A DNA stretch of 64,000 nt, from NCBI GenBank assembly GCA_905478855.1, contig CAJQKF010000023.1, positions 110 to 64,109 on the forward strand, in the 5' to 3' direction. A program made the position numbers and the translations under genes. This stretch comes from an uncultured Gammaproteobacteria bacterium. GTDB lineage: Bacteria; Pseudomonadota; Gammaproteobacteria; Arenicellales; CAJQKF01. A model generated the notes under the pieces. The model was not told where the DNA came from. It saw only the letters and a program-made list of their open reading frames with translations, and ran no database searches. How positions within the stretch are numbered: the first letter of the stretch is position 1; each line of letters starts with the position of its first letter. Positions 20,207 through 30,526 of the stretch are shown here, piece after piece.

Positions 20207-20545
20207 GTTATTACTTCGCATGCTCAGTATATAAATGCAGTGAATATCCGCTACATATAATAACCTTCGAGAGCTTTAAGAAAGTGATGTTTAATTATAA
20301 TTGGGCGCTGCGGCATCATTCTTGAGCACTAATAAATACTCCTAGGTCGCAGTCTAATAACGTAATTTTAGGGAATAATTTTCTGGGTTTTGCTATTCAT
20401 ACAGGGATTTAATCTACCTTTATTAAGGTACTACGAATGCGCTATATGTATAGTTCTTTGGATTTGTTGCAATAGTTGGTAACACAAAAAGAATCAAAGC
20501 CTATGTAGATTGTAAGGTTTTAAGGAGCTTGATAAGTATAGGGAC

Positions 20546-21151
20546 ATGAGACAAAACACGCGAAAACCAATATTATTTATCCGATGTCGAAATATCCGAC
20601 AGGCGGGTTTCGGTTTGCTTGAAGCAATGATCACTATGTTGATCATGTCTTTTGGCTTATTGGCTATTGCTTATATGGAAACCTGGGGTTTTCGTTATGG
20701 TCAAGAAAGCGGCGCGCGGGGGCAAGCATCCGTTATTGCGTACGATTTGATGGATAGAATCCGTGCAACAGGTGTCGCACCGGCAGATGGCGGCAATTAC
20801 ACGTCTTCATGGACTTTTGGCGGCAATGATTCTTGTATTCCTACTCTAGCTAATGCCACTAATGATCGTAATTGTTTTTATCTGAATGTTGGACGTCGGA
20901 TTCCGGATTCTGCTGCGGTAATTTCTACTACTACCTTACCGAGTATACAGCGGTACAATATTACCATTGCCTGGTTAGATCGTTTCTCGGAAAAGTTAGC
21001 GGCTGATGGTGAGACGCCTACAATATCAGAATGTGCGGCAGCAGAAATGCTTGCCTCTTCCGATTCGTCAAATGGTCTTAGTTGGATTAAATCGCCAAAA
21101 CCGAGTAAAAATCTTTGCATGCACTACATCTCCTGGTCGATGACTCCTTGA
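20546..21151 (+). CDS. pilV: Type IV pilus minor pilin PilV
   Basis: 201 aa with prepilin motif RQAG|FGLLEAMITMLIMSFGLLAI, followed by pilW. Confidence 0.85.
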   Translation: MRQNTRKPILFIRCRNIRQAGFGLLEAMITMLIMSFGLLAIAYMETWGFRYGQESGARGQASVIAYDLMDRIRATGVAPADGGNYTSSWTFGGNDSCIPTLANATNDRNCFYLNVGRRIPDSAAVISTTTLPSIQRYNITIAWLDRFSEKLAADGETPTISECAAAEMLASSDSSNGLSWIKSPKPSKNLCMHYISWSMTP

Positions 21152-22257
21152 ATACATATCGTAAAGTCAGACCTAATACGAATATTCAATCAGGTATTGG
21201 TCTGATTGAGTTAATGGTATCCGCTGTTATCAGCCTGCTCTTAATTAGTGCTGTTATCGGTCTTCATGTAAGTAGTACCAGTGCATATACAACTCAAATA
21301 AATCATGTTCATAATCAAGAACAGAGTCGTATTGCTTTTAGCTTTATATCCCGTGACATCCGGATGGCTGGCTATTTCGGATGCTTGAGCTCAACTTCCT
21401 TGTTGAATAGCAATCTGAATGTCGATAATGACGGTAATTTATTTGATTCTAAGTGGTCTTTAGAAGGCATTGAAAATGCATCAGCTACACCGAGTTGGCT
21501 ACCCTCCAATCATAGCGCGACAGCCTTAAACGTCAGGCTAGGCACTGACGCAATTACAATTAGATATGCAGATTCCACAGAAACAGCTTTCTTACAATTC
21601 GATGCTGAAGCAACAGGTAGTATTAATGCTGTAGATAAGGGGAATAAATTTACAGTTGGAAATATTGTTATTTTAAGTGACTGTGATAAGGGTGACTTGT
21701 TTCAAGTAAGCAATGAACCATCATCTTCAAATATTTTAGAGCATGCTGTCGGTGGCATTAGTCCTGGTAATTTAACCAGTATTCTTGGTGGTGTATCTGC
21801 TGCTGAGTACGAAGCAAGTCCTAATGGACCTTCTCAAGTCTCGAAGTATTATGCCGTGCGCTACTATATTAGAAATACAGATCTTAGTGATAGTACTTCC
21901 CCTCCCGGTCTCTATCGAAGCTATGTGTCTGATCAAGGTAAAATTTATAACAGCGAAGTTATTGCTGGTATAGAAAATTTACAATTTTTATATGGTGAAG
22001 ATACAGACGGAAGTGGAACGCCAAACACCTATGTTAAAGCATCTGCTGTAGGCAATTGGAGAAATATTATTAGTGTTCAGATTGGTATTCTGGCTCGAAG
22101 TATTGAACAATATGGGTTTGAATCTGAGCAAAGGCAGGCTGCGGGCGGTGATTTTGGTAGTTATATACTTTTAGACGAAACGATCACTATAGGAAATAAT
22201 TCTCGCTATCAACGTGCGGAATATTCAACGACTGTCTTCATAAGAAATAAATTATGA
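21115..22257 (+). CDS. pilW: Type IV pilus minor pilin PilW
   Basis: 380-aa ORF with QSG|IGLIELMVSAVISLLLISAV. The likely real start is the in-frame TTG at 21148, which overlaps the pilV stop (TTGA). Confidence 0.8.
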   Translation: MHALHLLVDDSLNTYRKVRPNTNIQSGIGLIELMVSAVISLLLISAVIGLHVSSTSAYTTQINHVHNQEQSRIAFSFISRDIRMAGYFGCLSSTSLLNSNLNVDNDGNLFDSKWSLEGIENASATPSWLPSNHSATALNVRLGTDAITIRYADSTETAFLQFDAEATGSINAVDKGNKFTVGNIVILSDCDKGDLFQVSNEPSSSNILEHAVGGISPGNLTSILGGVSAAEYEASPNGPSQVSKYYAVRYYIRNTDLSDSTSPPGLYRSYVSDQGKIYNSEVIAGIENLQFLYGEDTDGSGTPNTYVKASAVGNWRNIISVQIGILARSIEQYGFESEQRQAAGGDFGSYILLDETITIGNNSRYQRAEYSTTVFIRNKL

Positions 22258-22805
22258 ATGTCACTCATAAAAAAGCAATTAAGTTCCACTCTCCAAGCTA
22301 TCGACAGCAAAAGTACACGGTGTTGAATAAACCTGTTAAATACCAAAACGGCATATCGGTTGCCATTGCGATGATATTTTTAGTAATGCTTACTTCAATG
22401 GGTTTTACGGCACTTTGGATATCGGCAAAGGATGAAAAACTCGTTGGAATAATGCAGCAGGAAGTTATCTCGTTTCAGGGTGCAGAAACGGGACAGTCTA
22501 TTTTATGGAAGAACCGAAATGATCTTACAACGGCACAGACGCGTGATACGGCTAATAAATCGACTATCAATCTATGTGCGAGTGTAACTGGAGAGTGTTT
22601 GGACTCTACTCCAAACAGACTAAAGACTATTATTTCTATTGATGCGTGGTATTTGGGCGAAAGTGGAACAGCACCGTCGGGCTTTAGTCTCGATAGCGGT
22701 GTGGCTTCACACTATTTCGTGCAGGAAAGTAAGGGTAAACACGGTGCAATCGAGACACGTATCGAATCCGGATATTATATAGCTGGACCAAGTACAAAGG
22801 ATTGA
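22254..22805 (+). CDS. pilX: Type IV pilus minor pilin PilX
   Basis: 183 aa with an N-terminal hydrophobic helix GISVAIAMIFLVMLTSMGFTAL (PilX_N-like). ATGA overlap with pilW. Confidence 0.7.
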   Translation: MNVTHKKAIKFHSPSYRQQKYTVLNKPVKYQNGISVAIAMIFLVMLTSMGFTALWISAKDEKLVGIMQQEVISFQGAETGQSILWKNRNDLTTAQTRDTANKSTINLCASVTGECLDSTPNRLKTIISIDAWYLGESGTAPSGFSLDSGVASHYFVQESKGKHGAIETRIESGYYIAGPSTKD

Positions 22806-22806
22806 G

Positions 22807-23163
22807 ATGAAAAAATTCGCACGTACACCTATAAACATACTGACTCTGCTCGGAGTTTTTCTTATTGCGCCCGCTTCGCAAGCGCAGAATAAAGTTATCC
22901 TCATAGAGGAGGCAATCGAAGGCGCAAAGTTTAAATCCTATCATCTGAGTCCTGCCGGATATGGATATGCGAGTGTATCAGACTGCTTAGCCTGCACGTA
23001 TGCAAAGGAAAGACGACTAAGCATCGATCCGGACACTGAAATCATTGTGGGAGGGTTAGCTACGTCTGTGAATCAATTCGATTTCGATGGCGAAGGCTTT
23101 ACTATGGTTTTCTACAAAGATGATGCAAAGCTAATTACCAGAATTCGACGATCGTCGAATTAG
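22807..23163 (+). CDS. Small secreted hypothetical protein embedded in the minor-pilin operon
   Basis: 118 aa with signal peptide ILTLLGVFLIAPASQAQ. Its ATG lies 1 nt after the pilX stop and its stop lies 10 nt before pilY1. No prepilin motif. Confidence 0.5.
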   Translation: MKKFARTPINILTLLGVFLIAPASQAQNKVILIEEAIEGAKFKSYHLSPAGYGYASVSDCLACTYAKERRLSIDPDTEIIVGGLATSVNQFDFDGEGFTMVFYKDDAKLITRIRRSSN

Positions 23164-23173
23164 TAGAAAATAG

Positions 23174-26100
23174 ATGACTTATCGCCAAAATATTCGATTA
23201 ATAAACCTAGTTATTAGCGCTGGTTTTAGTGCTCTGTTCTCAACTGTGATAGTGGCAGTTGATACGGATATTTATCGAGTGGCAAGCAACATCAATCCTA
23301 ATCTTATGTTTCTTATTGATACATCGGGTAGCATGGGCGCAACCGTTCTTACAACTAACTATGACAGCAGTATAGACTACAGTGGTGCGTGCGCTGATAA
23401 TGCCGTCTACTATTCGACCTCACAGAATCCGCGTAAATTCCCCGATTGTGAGACTAGCAATAAGTTTCTTAAATCGGGACTAACTTGCCAAGAAGCATTT
23501 AATAGTTTAGACGGCGAAAGTGGCTTTTATATCGATGATGTTTTTGCCTGGAATGATACTGATGATGCATGGAAAGATCCTACAAGAGGTGGCACTCTGA
23601 GTTATTTTGAGTGCGCAGACGATTACGGTTTTCATGGTCTTGCAGATGGTAATTCGGCAGTTTTTCCGGTAAATGGAGTTAATGGACCATTTAGTAGCAG
23701 CGCAGTTGATCCATCGAATATTCTTTCAGCAGCTGCGGAATTGGTGCTTTTTAGTGCTAACTATCTGAATTGGTTTAACGCAACTCCAACCCACTCCAAA
23801 TCGACGCGTATAGACACAGTTAAGAGTGTTACAACTAAGCTGATCACGAAACTTGGTCAAAGCGGTGGCATAAATGTTGGTTTAATGCGTTTGAATCATG
23901 AGCATGGCGGCCGCATTCTTTACCCTGCCACTGATATTGGCAACAGCGGCGTAGCGACGGCCCTTAACTCCGCAGTGTCTGCACTCTCTGTTGATGGATC
24001 AACACCGGTTACGGAAGCATTATATGAGGCAATGCGTTATTTTCGGGGCGAAGAGGTAGTCTATGGGACGTCAGTTAATGGCGGTGAGAGTGTCGGATCG
24101 TCTTTGCTTGATGCCGATACCTATGAGTCACCCATATTGGATGTGTGCCAGGAAAGTAATATTCTGCTTCTAACAGACGGTGACCCGACCGCTGACGATG
24201 AAGCCGATACAGCTATTAACCTCTTGTCTTCTGCCATTGGATTGCCCGAATGTTCCCACGGTGCTAGTTATTCCTCGGTTGGTACAACAAGTTGCCTAGA
24301 TGACCTCGCGACCGTTATGTATAGAACAGATAACAACACTGCACTAACGGGAAACCAGTCGATAAATACCTATACTGTTGGTTTTAATATCGATTCACCT
24401 CTCTTGAATGCTGCCGGAAACGCCAATACGGGTGGGCAATATTTCACAGTATCTGATGAAGCATCCCTGCAGTCAGCATTTCAGGACGTTATTGAAGACA
24501 TACTGTTGCGTAATGGTACATTTGTATCACCGACTGTAACTGCAAACTCATTTGATCGGGTTAGTCACGACAATAATTTGTATTATTCGTTATTCGTTCC
24601 CAATAAGCGTGCACGTTGGCAAGGCAATGTAAAACGTTATCAACTTGGTCTGGTAACCGACATCGATGGAAATACTGTTGATACAGATTCTGACGGCGAA
24701 CCTGATATTCAAATTGTCGATAAGAACGGAAACCCAGCAGTCGATGATGAAGGTGAGTTCTTAGATAACACTGTAAGTTTTTGGACTCATCGATCTATTG
24801 GTAATGACGGTGGATTGTCAGAAATCGGCGGTTTAGCAAGCCGTGTTCCTGCGTATTCGAATAATGATTTTGATGTGAGCGCTCGCAATGTTTATACCTA
24901 TACGCAAAAAGCTGTTGATGCACCGATAACAAATCTCACCAATTCTGTTAATGAATTACACGAATCGAACCTTTTGCTAACTCAGGATTTACTCGGTGTA
25001 AGTGGCCTAGCTAATAATTCATTGGTAAATCTATTAAAATGGAGCCGAGGACTGGATGCTAAGGATGAAGATAATGATTTGAGTGTAATTGACGGTCGAA
25101 CTTCAATGGGTGCCCCACTCCACTCTGAACCATTGCTTGTGACCTATCAGCAATACACTGAAAACGGTGAAACCAAGCAACGAGATATGATTTACATCAC
25201 TACAAATGATGGATATCTCCATGCGTTCGATACCAAGGTTACTGACAATAATTCGAGCATGGAACAGTGGGCATTTGTTCCGCCAGAGTTGCTTCCAAAC
25301 TTAAAGGCTCTTTATGATAATCCTGAAACCAACGATTTAACCTACGGACTCGATGGCACGGCTGACGTTTGGGTAAACGATGTAAATAATAATGGCTTTC
25401 TATTGGGTAATGATAATTCGGTTGAAACCGATGAACACGCTTATTTGTATTTTAATCAGCGACGGGGTGGACGAAATATCTATGGACTAGATGTTTCAAA
25501 TCCGGTTTCACCGAATTATCTTTTCTCTGTTAACGGTAATGATTCACGCTCCAATAAACTATTTAGCATGGGGCAGACGTGGTCCCGCCCGAAGTTTAAT
25601 CGGATAAAGATTTATAACAACGATACAACGCCTGCCAGACTAGTAACTAAAGAAGTCATAATTTTTGCTGGCGGATATGACACGGATCATGATGCGAAAA
25701 GCACGCGAACCGCGGATGATAAGGGCAATGCTATTTATATTGCGGATGCTGTAACGGGTAAAATTCTGTGGTGGACCCGTGGTCCTAGTGCGGGACCAGA
25801 GCCAGACTTATACATGGCAGATATGGTATATAGTATTCCGTCTGATGTTAGGGTTATCGATATCAATGGTGACGGAATCACAGATCGATTGTATGCGATC
25901 GATCTTGGTGGGCAATTGTGGCGCTTCGATATCAATAATGTACTAGTGGATTTAATTGGTGAGCGAATTATTGGCGGTGTTATTGCCGATTTGCAACTTG
26001 ATTCAGATGGTGATACCAGTACTGCATTAAATAATCGGAGATTTTATTATCCACCGGATGCAGCCCGAATCGAATCATCAACGGGTAGTACATATATTTC

Positions 26101-26728
26101 TATTTCAATAGGGTCTGGTCTCCGGCCAAGCCCTAACTCCAGCGCCATACAAGATAGACTATATGTAATTAAAGATTATTTCGTCAATACACCACCCACA
26201 ACTCTGAACGAGACTGCCACCACTGCGGATGACCCAATTGGATACACTAAACTTTATGGTGGTGATCTAAAAGATGTCTCAGTATATGATTCGGCAACAC
26301 AAACTGCTGGTGATGGTTCTTTAGAAAATGGTTGGTATATTAATTTGCCGAATACAGGTGAAAAATCTCTCGCTCCAGCATTAACCGCATCTGGTATTGT
26401 ATTTTTCACGACTTATACACCCGCATCGATCGTAAATAACAATCTAGAGTGTAGTACTCCCGGTGTGGGTGATTCTCGAGTTTATGCGTTAGACGTAGAA
26501 ACGGGTGGCCCTGTTGCAAAATTATCAGATAGCCCCGCGGGTGCAGTTTTAGGCGATAGCGATCGATCTCTTGTTCTAGATCGTAAGGGTATAGCGGGAA
26601 ATGTGACTGTGATTTTTCCTGACCTGCCCGGTGTAAGTCCTAAACCGCTAATCGGAACTGAAATTATTCCTGTCAAAATCGATAATAAGGCAGTCCAAAC
26701 GTACTGGTATCAAGATCATGGGAATTAA
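23174..26728 (+). CDS. pilY1: Type IV pilus tip adhesin / biogenesis factor PilY1 (vWA + beta-propeller)
   Basis: 1184 aa. The N-terminal vWA domain carries the MIDAS motif LIDTSGSMG. The C-terminal PilY1 propeller has the calcium-site-like DINGDGITDRLYAIDLGGQLWRFD. Confidence 0.9.
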   Translation: MTYRQNIRLINLVISAGFSALFSTVIVAVDTDIYRVASNINPNLMFLIDTSGSMGATVLTTNYDSSIDYSGACADNAVYYSTSQNPRKFPDCETSNKFLKSGLTCQEAFNSLDGESGFYIDDVFAWNDTDDAWKDPTRGGTLSYFECADDYGFHGLADGNSAVFPVNGVNGPFSSSAVDPSNILSAAAELVLFSANYLNWFNATPTHSKSTRIDTVKSVTTKLITKLGQSGGINVGLMRLNHEHGGRILYPATDIGNSGVATALNSAVSALSVDGSTPVTEALYEAMRYFRGEEVVYGTSVNGGESVGSSLLDADTYESPILDVCQESNILLLTDGDPTADDEADTAINLLSSAIGLPECSHGASYSSVGTTSCLDDLATVMYRTDNNTALTGNQSINTYTVGFNIDSPLLNAAGNANTGGQYFTVSDEASLQSAFQDVIEDILLRNGTFVSPTVTANSFDRVSHDNNLYYSLFVPNKRARWQGNVKRYQLGLVTDIDGNTVDTDSDGEPDIQIVDKNGNPAVDDEGEFLDNTVSFWTHRSIGNDGGLSEIGGLASRVPAYSNNDFDVSARNVYTYTQKAVDAPITNLTNSVNELHESNLLLTQDLLGVSGLANNSLVNLLKWSRGLDAKDEDNDLSVIDGRTSMGAPLHSEPLLVTYQQYTENGETKQRDMIYITTNDGYLHAFDTKVTDNNSSMEQWAFVPPELLPNLKALYDNPETNDLTYGLDGTADVWVNDVNNNGFLLGNDNSVETDEHAYLYFNQRRGGRNIYGLDVSNPVSPNYLFSVNGNDSRSNKLFSMGQTWSRPKFNRIKIYNNDTTPARLVTKEVIIFAGGYDTDHDAKSTRTADDKGNAIYIADAVTGKILWWTRGPSAGPEPDLYMADMVYSIPSDVRVIDINGDGITDRLYAIDLGGQLWRFDINNVLVDLIGERIIGGVIADLQLDSDGDTSTALNNRRFYYPPDAARIESSTGSTYISISIGSGLRPSPNSSAIQDRLYVIKDYFVNTPPTTLNETATTADDPIGYTKLYGGDLKDVSVYDSATQTAGDGSLENGWYINLPNTGEKSLAPALTASGIVFFTTYTPASIVNNNLECSTPGVGDSRVYALDVETGGPVAKLSDSPAGAVLGDSDRSLVLDRKGIAGNVTVIFPDLPGVSPKPLIGTEIIPVKIDNKAVQTYWYQDHGN

Positions 26729-27152
26729 ACGACATCACCAAGATGGGTTTACTCTCATTGAGTTATTGGTGACAATGACGATTTTCAGCATTCTTGCCTC
26801 TTTAGCTGTTAGTACATATACGGGCTATATACAAGCATCAAAACGTTCGGATGCACATTTGGCACTGTATCAACTGCAAAACTTACAAGAAAAATACAAA
26901 TCAAATACTGGCGCCTACTCAACCACCCTGTCTGCAATGGGCTGGGTGACGACATTTAGTCCGCGAGAACTATATGTGCTACGTACAAGTATCACCGCAG
27001 CTGGCTTTACGCTCACTGCAACTCCACGTTCAGGTTATTCTCAGGAAAAGGATACAACCTGTACCGAAATGTCCTTAAGTCACAGCGGTATACGTAGTGC
27101 TAAAGATACAAGCGGTACGGATACTACCGATGAATGTTGGGTGTTAAATTAG
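26718..27152 (+). CDS. pilE: Type IV minor pilin PilE
   Basis: 144 aa with QDG|FTLIELLVTMTIFSILASLAV. Overlaps the pilY1 end by 11 nt. Confidence 0.85.
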   Translation: MGIKRHHQDGFTLIELLVTMTIFSILASLAVSTYTGYIQASKRSDAHLALYQLQNLQEKYKSNTGAYSTTLSAMGWVTTFSPRELYVLRTSITAAGFTLTATPRSGYSQEKDTTCTEMSLSHSGIRSAKDTSGTDTTDECWVLN

Positions 27153-27203
27153 TCGCGTTTTTTAATATTTATTTAATTTATTGTTGGGAAAAACGTTATG
27201 GCG

Positions 27204-28124
27204 TTAGCGTAATTCCAGCGGTAACGCAAAAGAGACATTCTCTGGCTTTGTTACTTCCTCGACCACTTGTGTTGCACCCCAATCAATAAGTCTCTGAACG
27301 ACCTCTTGGACCAAAATTTCTGGGGCGGATGCTCCGGCGGTCACTCCCACAACAGAGTCTTCGCCGAGCCATACTTTGTTAATCTGATCAGCATTATCGA
27401 TTAAATAGCCCTTTATTCCTTTCTGCTCGGCTAACTCACGCAGGCGATTTGAGTTAGAGCTATTTGTTGAGCCAACTACAAGTACTACATCACATTTTGA
27501 CGATAGCACCTTCACCGCATCCTGGCGATTTTGAGTAGCGTAGCAGATATCATTCTTACGTGGTCCTTGTATCTTGGGGTATTTCTTTCTTAATTCCTTG
27601 ATAATAATTTGCGTATCATCTACCGAGAGTGTTGTTTGTGAGACATAAGCCACTTTGGATGGATTTAGTATTGCTAAATTATCAACGTCAGAAGGCTTTT
27701 CTACTAGGTGCATCCCGCCTTGAGCCTGGCCCATTGTTCCCTCGACTTCAGGATGACCCGCATGTCCGATAAGTACAATTTCGATATCTTCTTCACGGTA
27801 GCGTTTTACTTCACGATGAACTTTTGTCACTAACGGACACGTAGCATCGAGTACTTGTAATTTTGCGTTTTTCGCATTCTTTCTTACTACTTGGGATACA
27901 CCATGAGCGCTGAAAATAACGACTGAATCAGCCGGTACCTCATTAAGTTCGTCTACAAATATGGCCCCTTTATTTTTGAGACTACTTACTACAAAACGAT
28001 TGTGGACAACTTCGTGACGAACGTATATCGGTGCTCCATGTTTTTCAATTGCTTTTTCGACAATTTCAATTGCTCTATCAACACCGGCACAGAATCCTCT
28101 CGGATTAGCTAAAATTACTTTCAT
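27204..28124 (-). CDS. ispH: 4-hydroxy-3-methylbut-2-enyl diphosphate reductase
   Basis: 306 aa with [29 protein letters not shown] and ICYATQNRQ (three cluster cysteines). Confidence 0.95.
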   Translation of the reverse strand: MKVILANPRGFCAGVDRAIEIVEKAIEKHGAPIYVRHEVVHNRFVVSSLKNKGAIFVDELNEVPADSVVIFSAHGVSQVVRKNAKNAKLQVLDATCPLVTKVHREVKRYREEDIEIVLIGHAGHPEVEGTMGQAQGGMHLVEKPSDVDNLAILNPSKVAYVSQTTLSVDDTQIIIKELRKKYPKIQGPRKNDICYATQNRQDAVKVLSSKCDVVLVVGSTNSSNSNRLRELAEQKGIKGYLIDNADQINKVWLGEDSVVGVTAGASAPEILVQEVVQRLIDWGATQVVEEVTKPENVSFALPLELR

Positions 28125-28128
28125 TATG

Positions 28129-28560
28129 TTATTTCTCTATTTGTCTGATGCTAACCACTATAAGACGACACTGCACGGCATGACCGATTAACAGGTTATT
28201 ACAATCTAATTCAACGTCTTGAGCATTTACCCGAATAACTTTACCCAATATTTGCTCTTCGACAGATAATTCTAGATCAACGACTTGCCCTACAGTAGGT
28301 TCGATTGGGAACGTTTCTTTCGATACCGAAATTATTTTCGTGGAGTCGTAGATTCCAAACACCTGCGCCTCTGCGGGTATTGTAAATTCAATCTCCTGCC
28401 CTACCGCAGAATGAACTAGCTGTGACTCTATGTATGGATGAAACGTTCCGTCAGCAAACGAAAACTGTTGCGGAGATTCCTCAAACGTTGACTCGACAAT
28501 GCCAATCCCTTCGAGCTTTAATTCATAGTGAATTTGCAATATTGTACCGGGAAGAATCAT
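28129..28560 (-). CDS. fkpB: FKBP-type peptidyl-prolyl cis-trans isomerase
   Basis: FKBP/SlpA-like sequence in the conserved slot between lspA and ispH. The likely start is ATG 28560, overlapping the lspA stop (TGATG). The ORF stays open up to 28596. Confidence 0.75.
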   Translation of the reverse strand: MILPGTILQIHYELKLEGIGIVESTFEESPQQFSFADGTFHPYIESQLVHSAVGQEIEFTIPAEAQVFGIYDSTKIISVSKETFPIEPTVGQVVDLELSVEEQILGKVIRVNAQDVELDCNNLLIGHAVQCRLIVVSIRQIEK

Positions 28561-29081
28561 CACCGCACTTTTGTCGATTGACGATTTGCACGCCACTCAA
28601 AGAAAACTGAAAGTATCAATAAACCAACTCCTATCGATAAAGCAATGTCCGCTATATTAAAAATCCAAAAATGCCAGCCAGAAAAATGTACGTCGATAAA
28701 GTCCACAACCATACCAAGATATATACGATCAATAACATTTCCTACCGCCCCACCGGCAATAAAACCATAGGAGCATACAATAATTTTTGCTTGCCATACC
28801 TCTTGCCAAATATGGAAAACTAGATAAGCAACAACTAGAAATGCAATGCTAGAAAACATAATCAGTTGCCATCCACCCGCGTCGTTTAAAAACCCAAAAG
28901 CGGCACCGCGGTTAAATGCCAAAGTAAAACTTAGAAAAGGCAATATTGAATTTTCTACGCCCTCAGTAAATCTACTTAGCACATATAACTTACTAGATTG
29001 ATCGATCAATGCAATCGCCAAGCCCAGTGCAAGAAATGTCCATAACGCTGAGCCTCGACTATTCAACTTCAATTTCCTCAT
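28560..29081 (-). CDS. lspA: Lipoprotein signal peptidase (signal peptidase II)
   Basis: Motifs LIDQSSKLYV, FNRGAAFGFL, VGNVIDR and FNIADIALSIG. The likely start is ATG 29081 (MRKLKL...); the ORF stays open to 29138. Either start overlaps the ribF 3' end. Confidence 0.85.
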   Translation of the reverse strand: MRKLKLNSRGSALWTFLALGLAIALIDQSSKLYVLSRFTEGVENSILPFLSFTLAFNRGAAFGFLNDAGGWQLIMFSSIAFLVVAYLVFHIWQEVWQAKIIVCSYGFIAGGAVGNVIDRIYLGMVVDFIDVHFSGWHFWIFNIADIALSIGVGLLILSVFFEWRANRQSTKVR

Positions 29082-30021
29082 TGACCCATTGTTTTCCGAA
29101 TTGCACATCGAGCATAATTTGCTGGCGAAGTGCATCAAAGTCTGGAAATTTTTTCTCGTCCCGAATTTTCTTCAGAAATACCACATTTAGTAATCGTCCA
29201 TATAGGTCGATACTTGATGAAAACAAATGGGTTTCAATGAGTAGTCGTGTAACGCCTACGGTTGGTCGGCTTCCAACATTTGTTACACCATAACCAACGA
29301 GTGTTCCTTTCTCTTCAACCCTCACGATAAATACACCGCCAATAGGAAAGGATAGTGTTGGAATGACGATGTTGGCGGTTGGGAAACCCCACGTTCTGCC
29401 GCGTTTATCGCCATGTACAACACGACTTTTCCATGAAAACTCCCTGCCTAACAGTTTATTAGCTGCAGACAACTGCCCTTCCGACAACAATTCTCTTATT
29501 TGGGTGCTGCTTACTCTCTTACCGTTTTTGCTGTAGTCATTAACTGCAGAGACTGTAAAGTCAAGCTCTTCGCCTAGCTTTCTGAGTACCGAAACATTAC
29601 CAGTGCGTCTTGCTCCAAAATGAAAATCCTCTCCTATAACGATATGCCGAACCGCAAGTCGTTCATGTAGGTGTTTTCTGACAAAATCTTCGGCTGAGGT
29701 TTTTGCTAGTTCCTGGTTAAATCGCACGGCAATAATGTAGTCAACTTCGGTAGATGCTAACAATTCGATTTTATGGCGCCTAGAGCTTAACCTTGCTGGT
29801 GCCGAATCCGGTTTAAAATACTCGGCAGGGTAAGGCTCGAAAGTCATTACAGCAGCTGGGCAACGAAGCTTCTGCGCCATGCTTACCGCCCTGTCGATGA
29901 CAGCGCGGTGCCCAAGATGTACTCCATCAAAATTCCCGATTGCAACGACACAACCTTCAGCTTTAAGGTCAACAGCAAGGTGTTTTTTTCCAGTATTATA
30001 AATGTGCATACAAGTGTGCAA
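29059..30021 (-). CDS. ribF: Bifunctional riboflavin kinase / FMN adenylyltransferase
   Basis: 320 aa with IGNFDGVHLGH in the N-terminal FAD-synthetase domain and GFPTANI in the C-terminal kinase domain. TAG stop at 29059-29061. Confidence 0.9.
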   Translation of the reverse strand: MHTCMHIYNTGKKHLAVDLKAEGCVVAIGNFDGVHLGHRAVIDRAVSMAQKLRCPAAVMTFEPYPAEYFKPDSAPARLSSRRHKIELLASTEVDYIIAVRFNQELAKTSAEDFVRKHLHERLAVRHIVIGEDFHFGARRTGNVSVLRKLGEELDFTVSAVNDYSKNGKRVSSTQIRELLSEGQLSAANKLLGREFSWKSRVVHGDKRGRTWGFPTANIVIPTLSFPIGGVFIVRVEEKGTLVGYGVTNVGSRPTVGVTRLLIETHLFSSSIDLYGRLLNVVFLKKIRDEKKFPDFDALRQQIMLDVQFGKQWVNEEIEVE

Positions 30022-30100
30022 GCGTATCTTTTAATAAGGTTGGAATTTTAGCGGATTCGTCCGGTGAAATGTACGAATCATGTAGCTTATTAAATAAAAA

Positions 30101-30526
30101 TTATTCAAACCACGCTAGGTCAGGAGATAAATCAATTTCTTCGAGTTTTTTTCGTTTTGAGGGTTCTTCATCATAGTAATGAAAATATTCCATCCGTATT
30201 TCCGGATATTTCCAGCAAATATATCCTTCGCCAATATCAATATCGACCCACCACAGATCCTTTGCATGGCACCCGAGCCGTTCAACCTTGCCAATCCACC
30301 TCCGAACGAGGGTTTCATATTGACTGCTCAACAAGGATATTCTGGGATCGCATGAAAGTGTTCGTTTGAGCTTGTTCTGGATCGGTTGCAGTTCAATAGA
30401 AGAGTAATAGGTTAATTTTAGTAACAAGTTCAATAATTGCTGGGCTTCCGAGAGCGAGTAAATTTGATACTCACCGGGTGGCCCAATGTGCACAATATGA
30501 TCAATGCTTTTTATCAACTGTTTCAT
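30101..30526 (-). CDS. DUF2203-family protein
   Basis: 141 aa. QIYSLSEAQQLLNLLL and ...GEGYICWKYPEIRMEYFH... match my memory of DUF2203. The start overlaps the murJ end by 26 nt. Confidence 0.5.
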   Translation of the reverse strand: MKQLIKSIDHIVHIGPPGEYQIYSLSEAQQLLNLLLKLTYYSSIELQPIQNKLKRTLSCDPRISLLSSQYETLVRRWIGKVERLGCHAKDLWWVDIDIGEGYICWKYPEIRMEYFHYYDEEPSKRKKLEEIDLSPDLAWFE

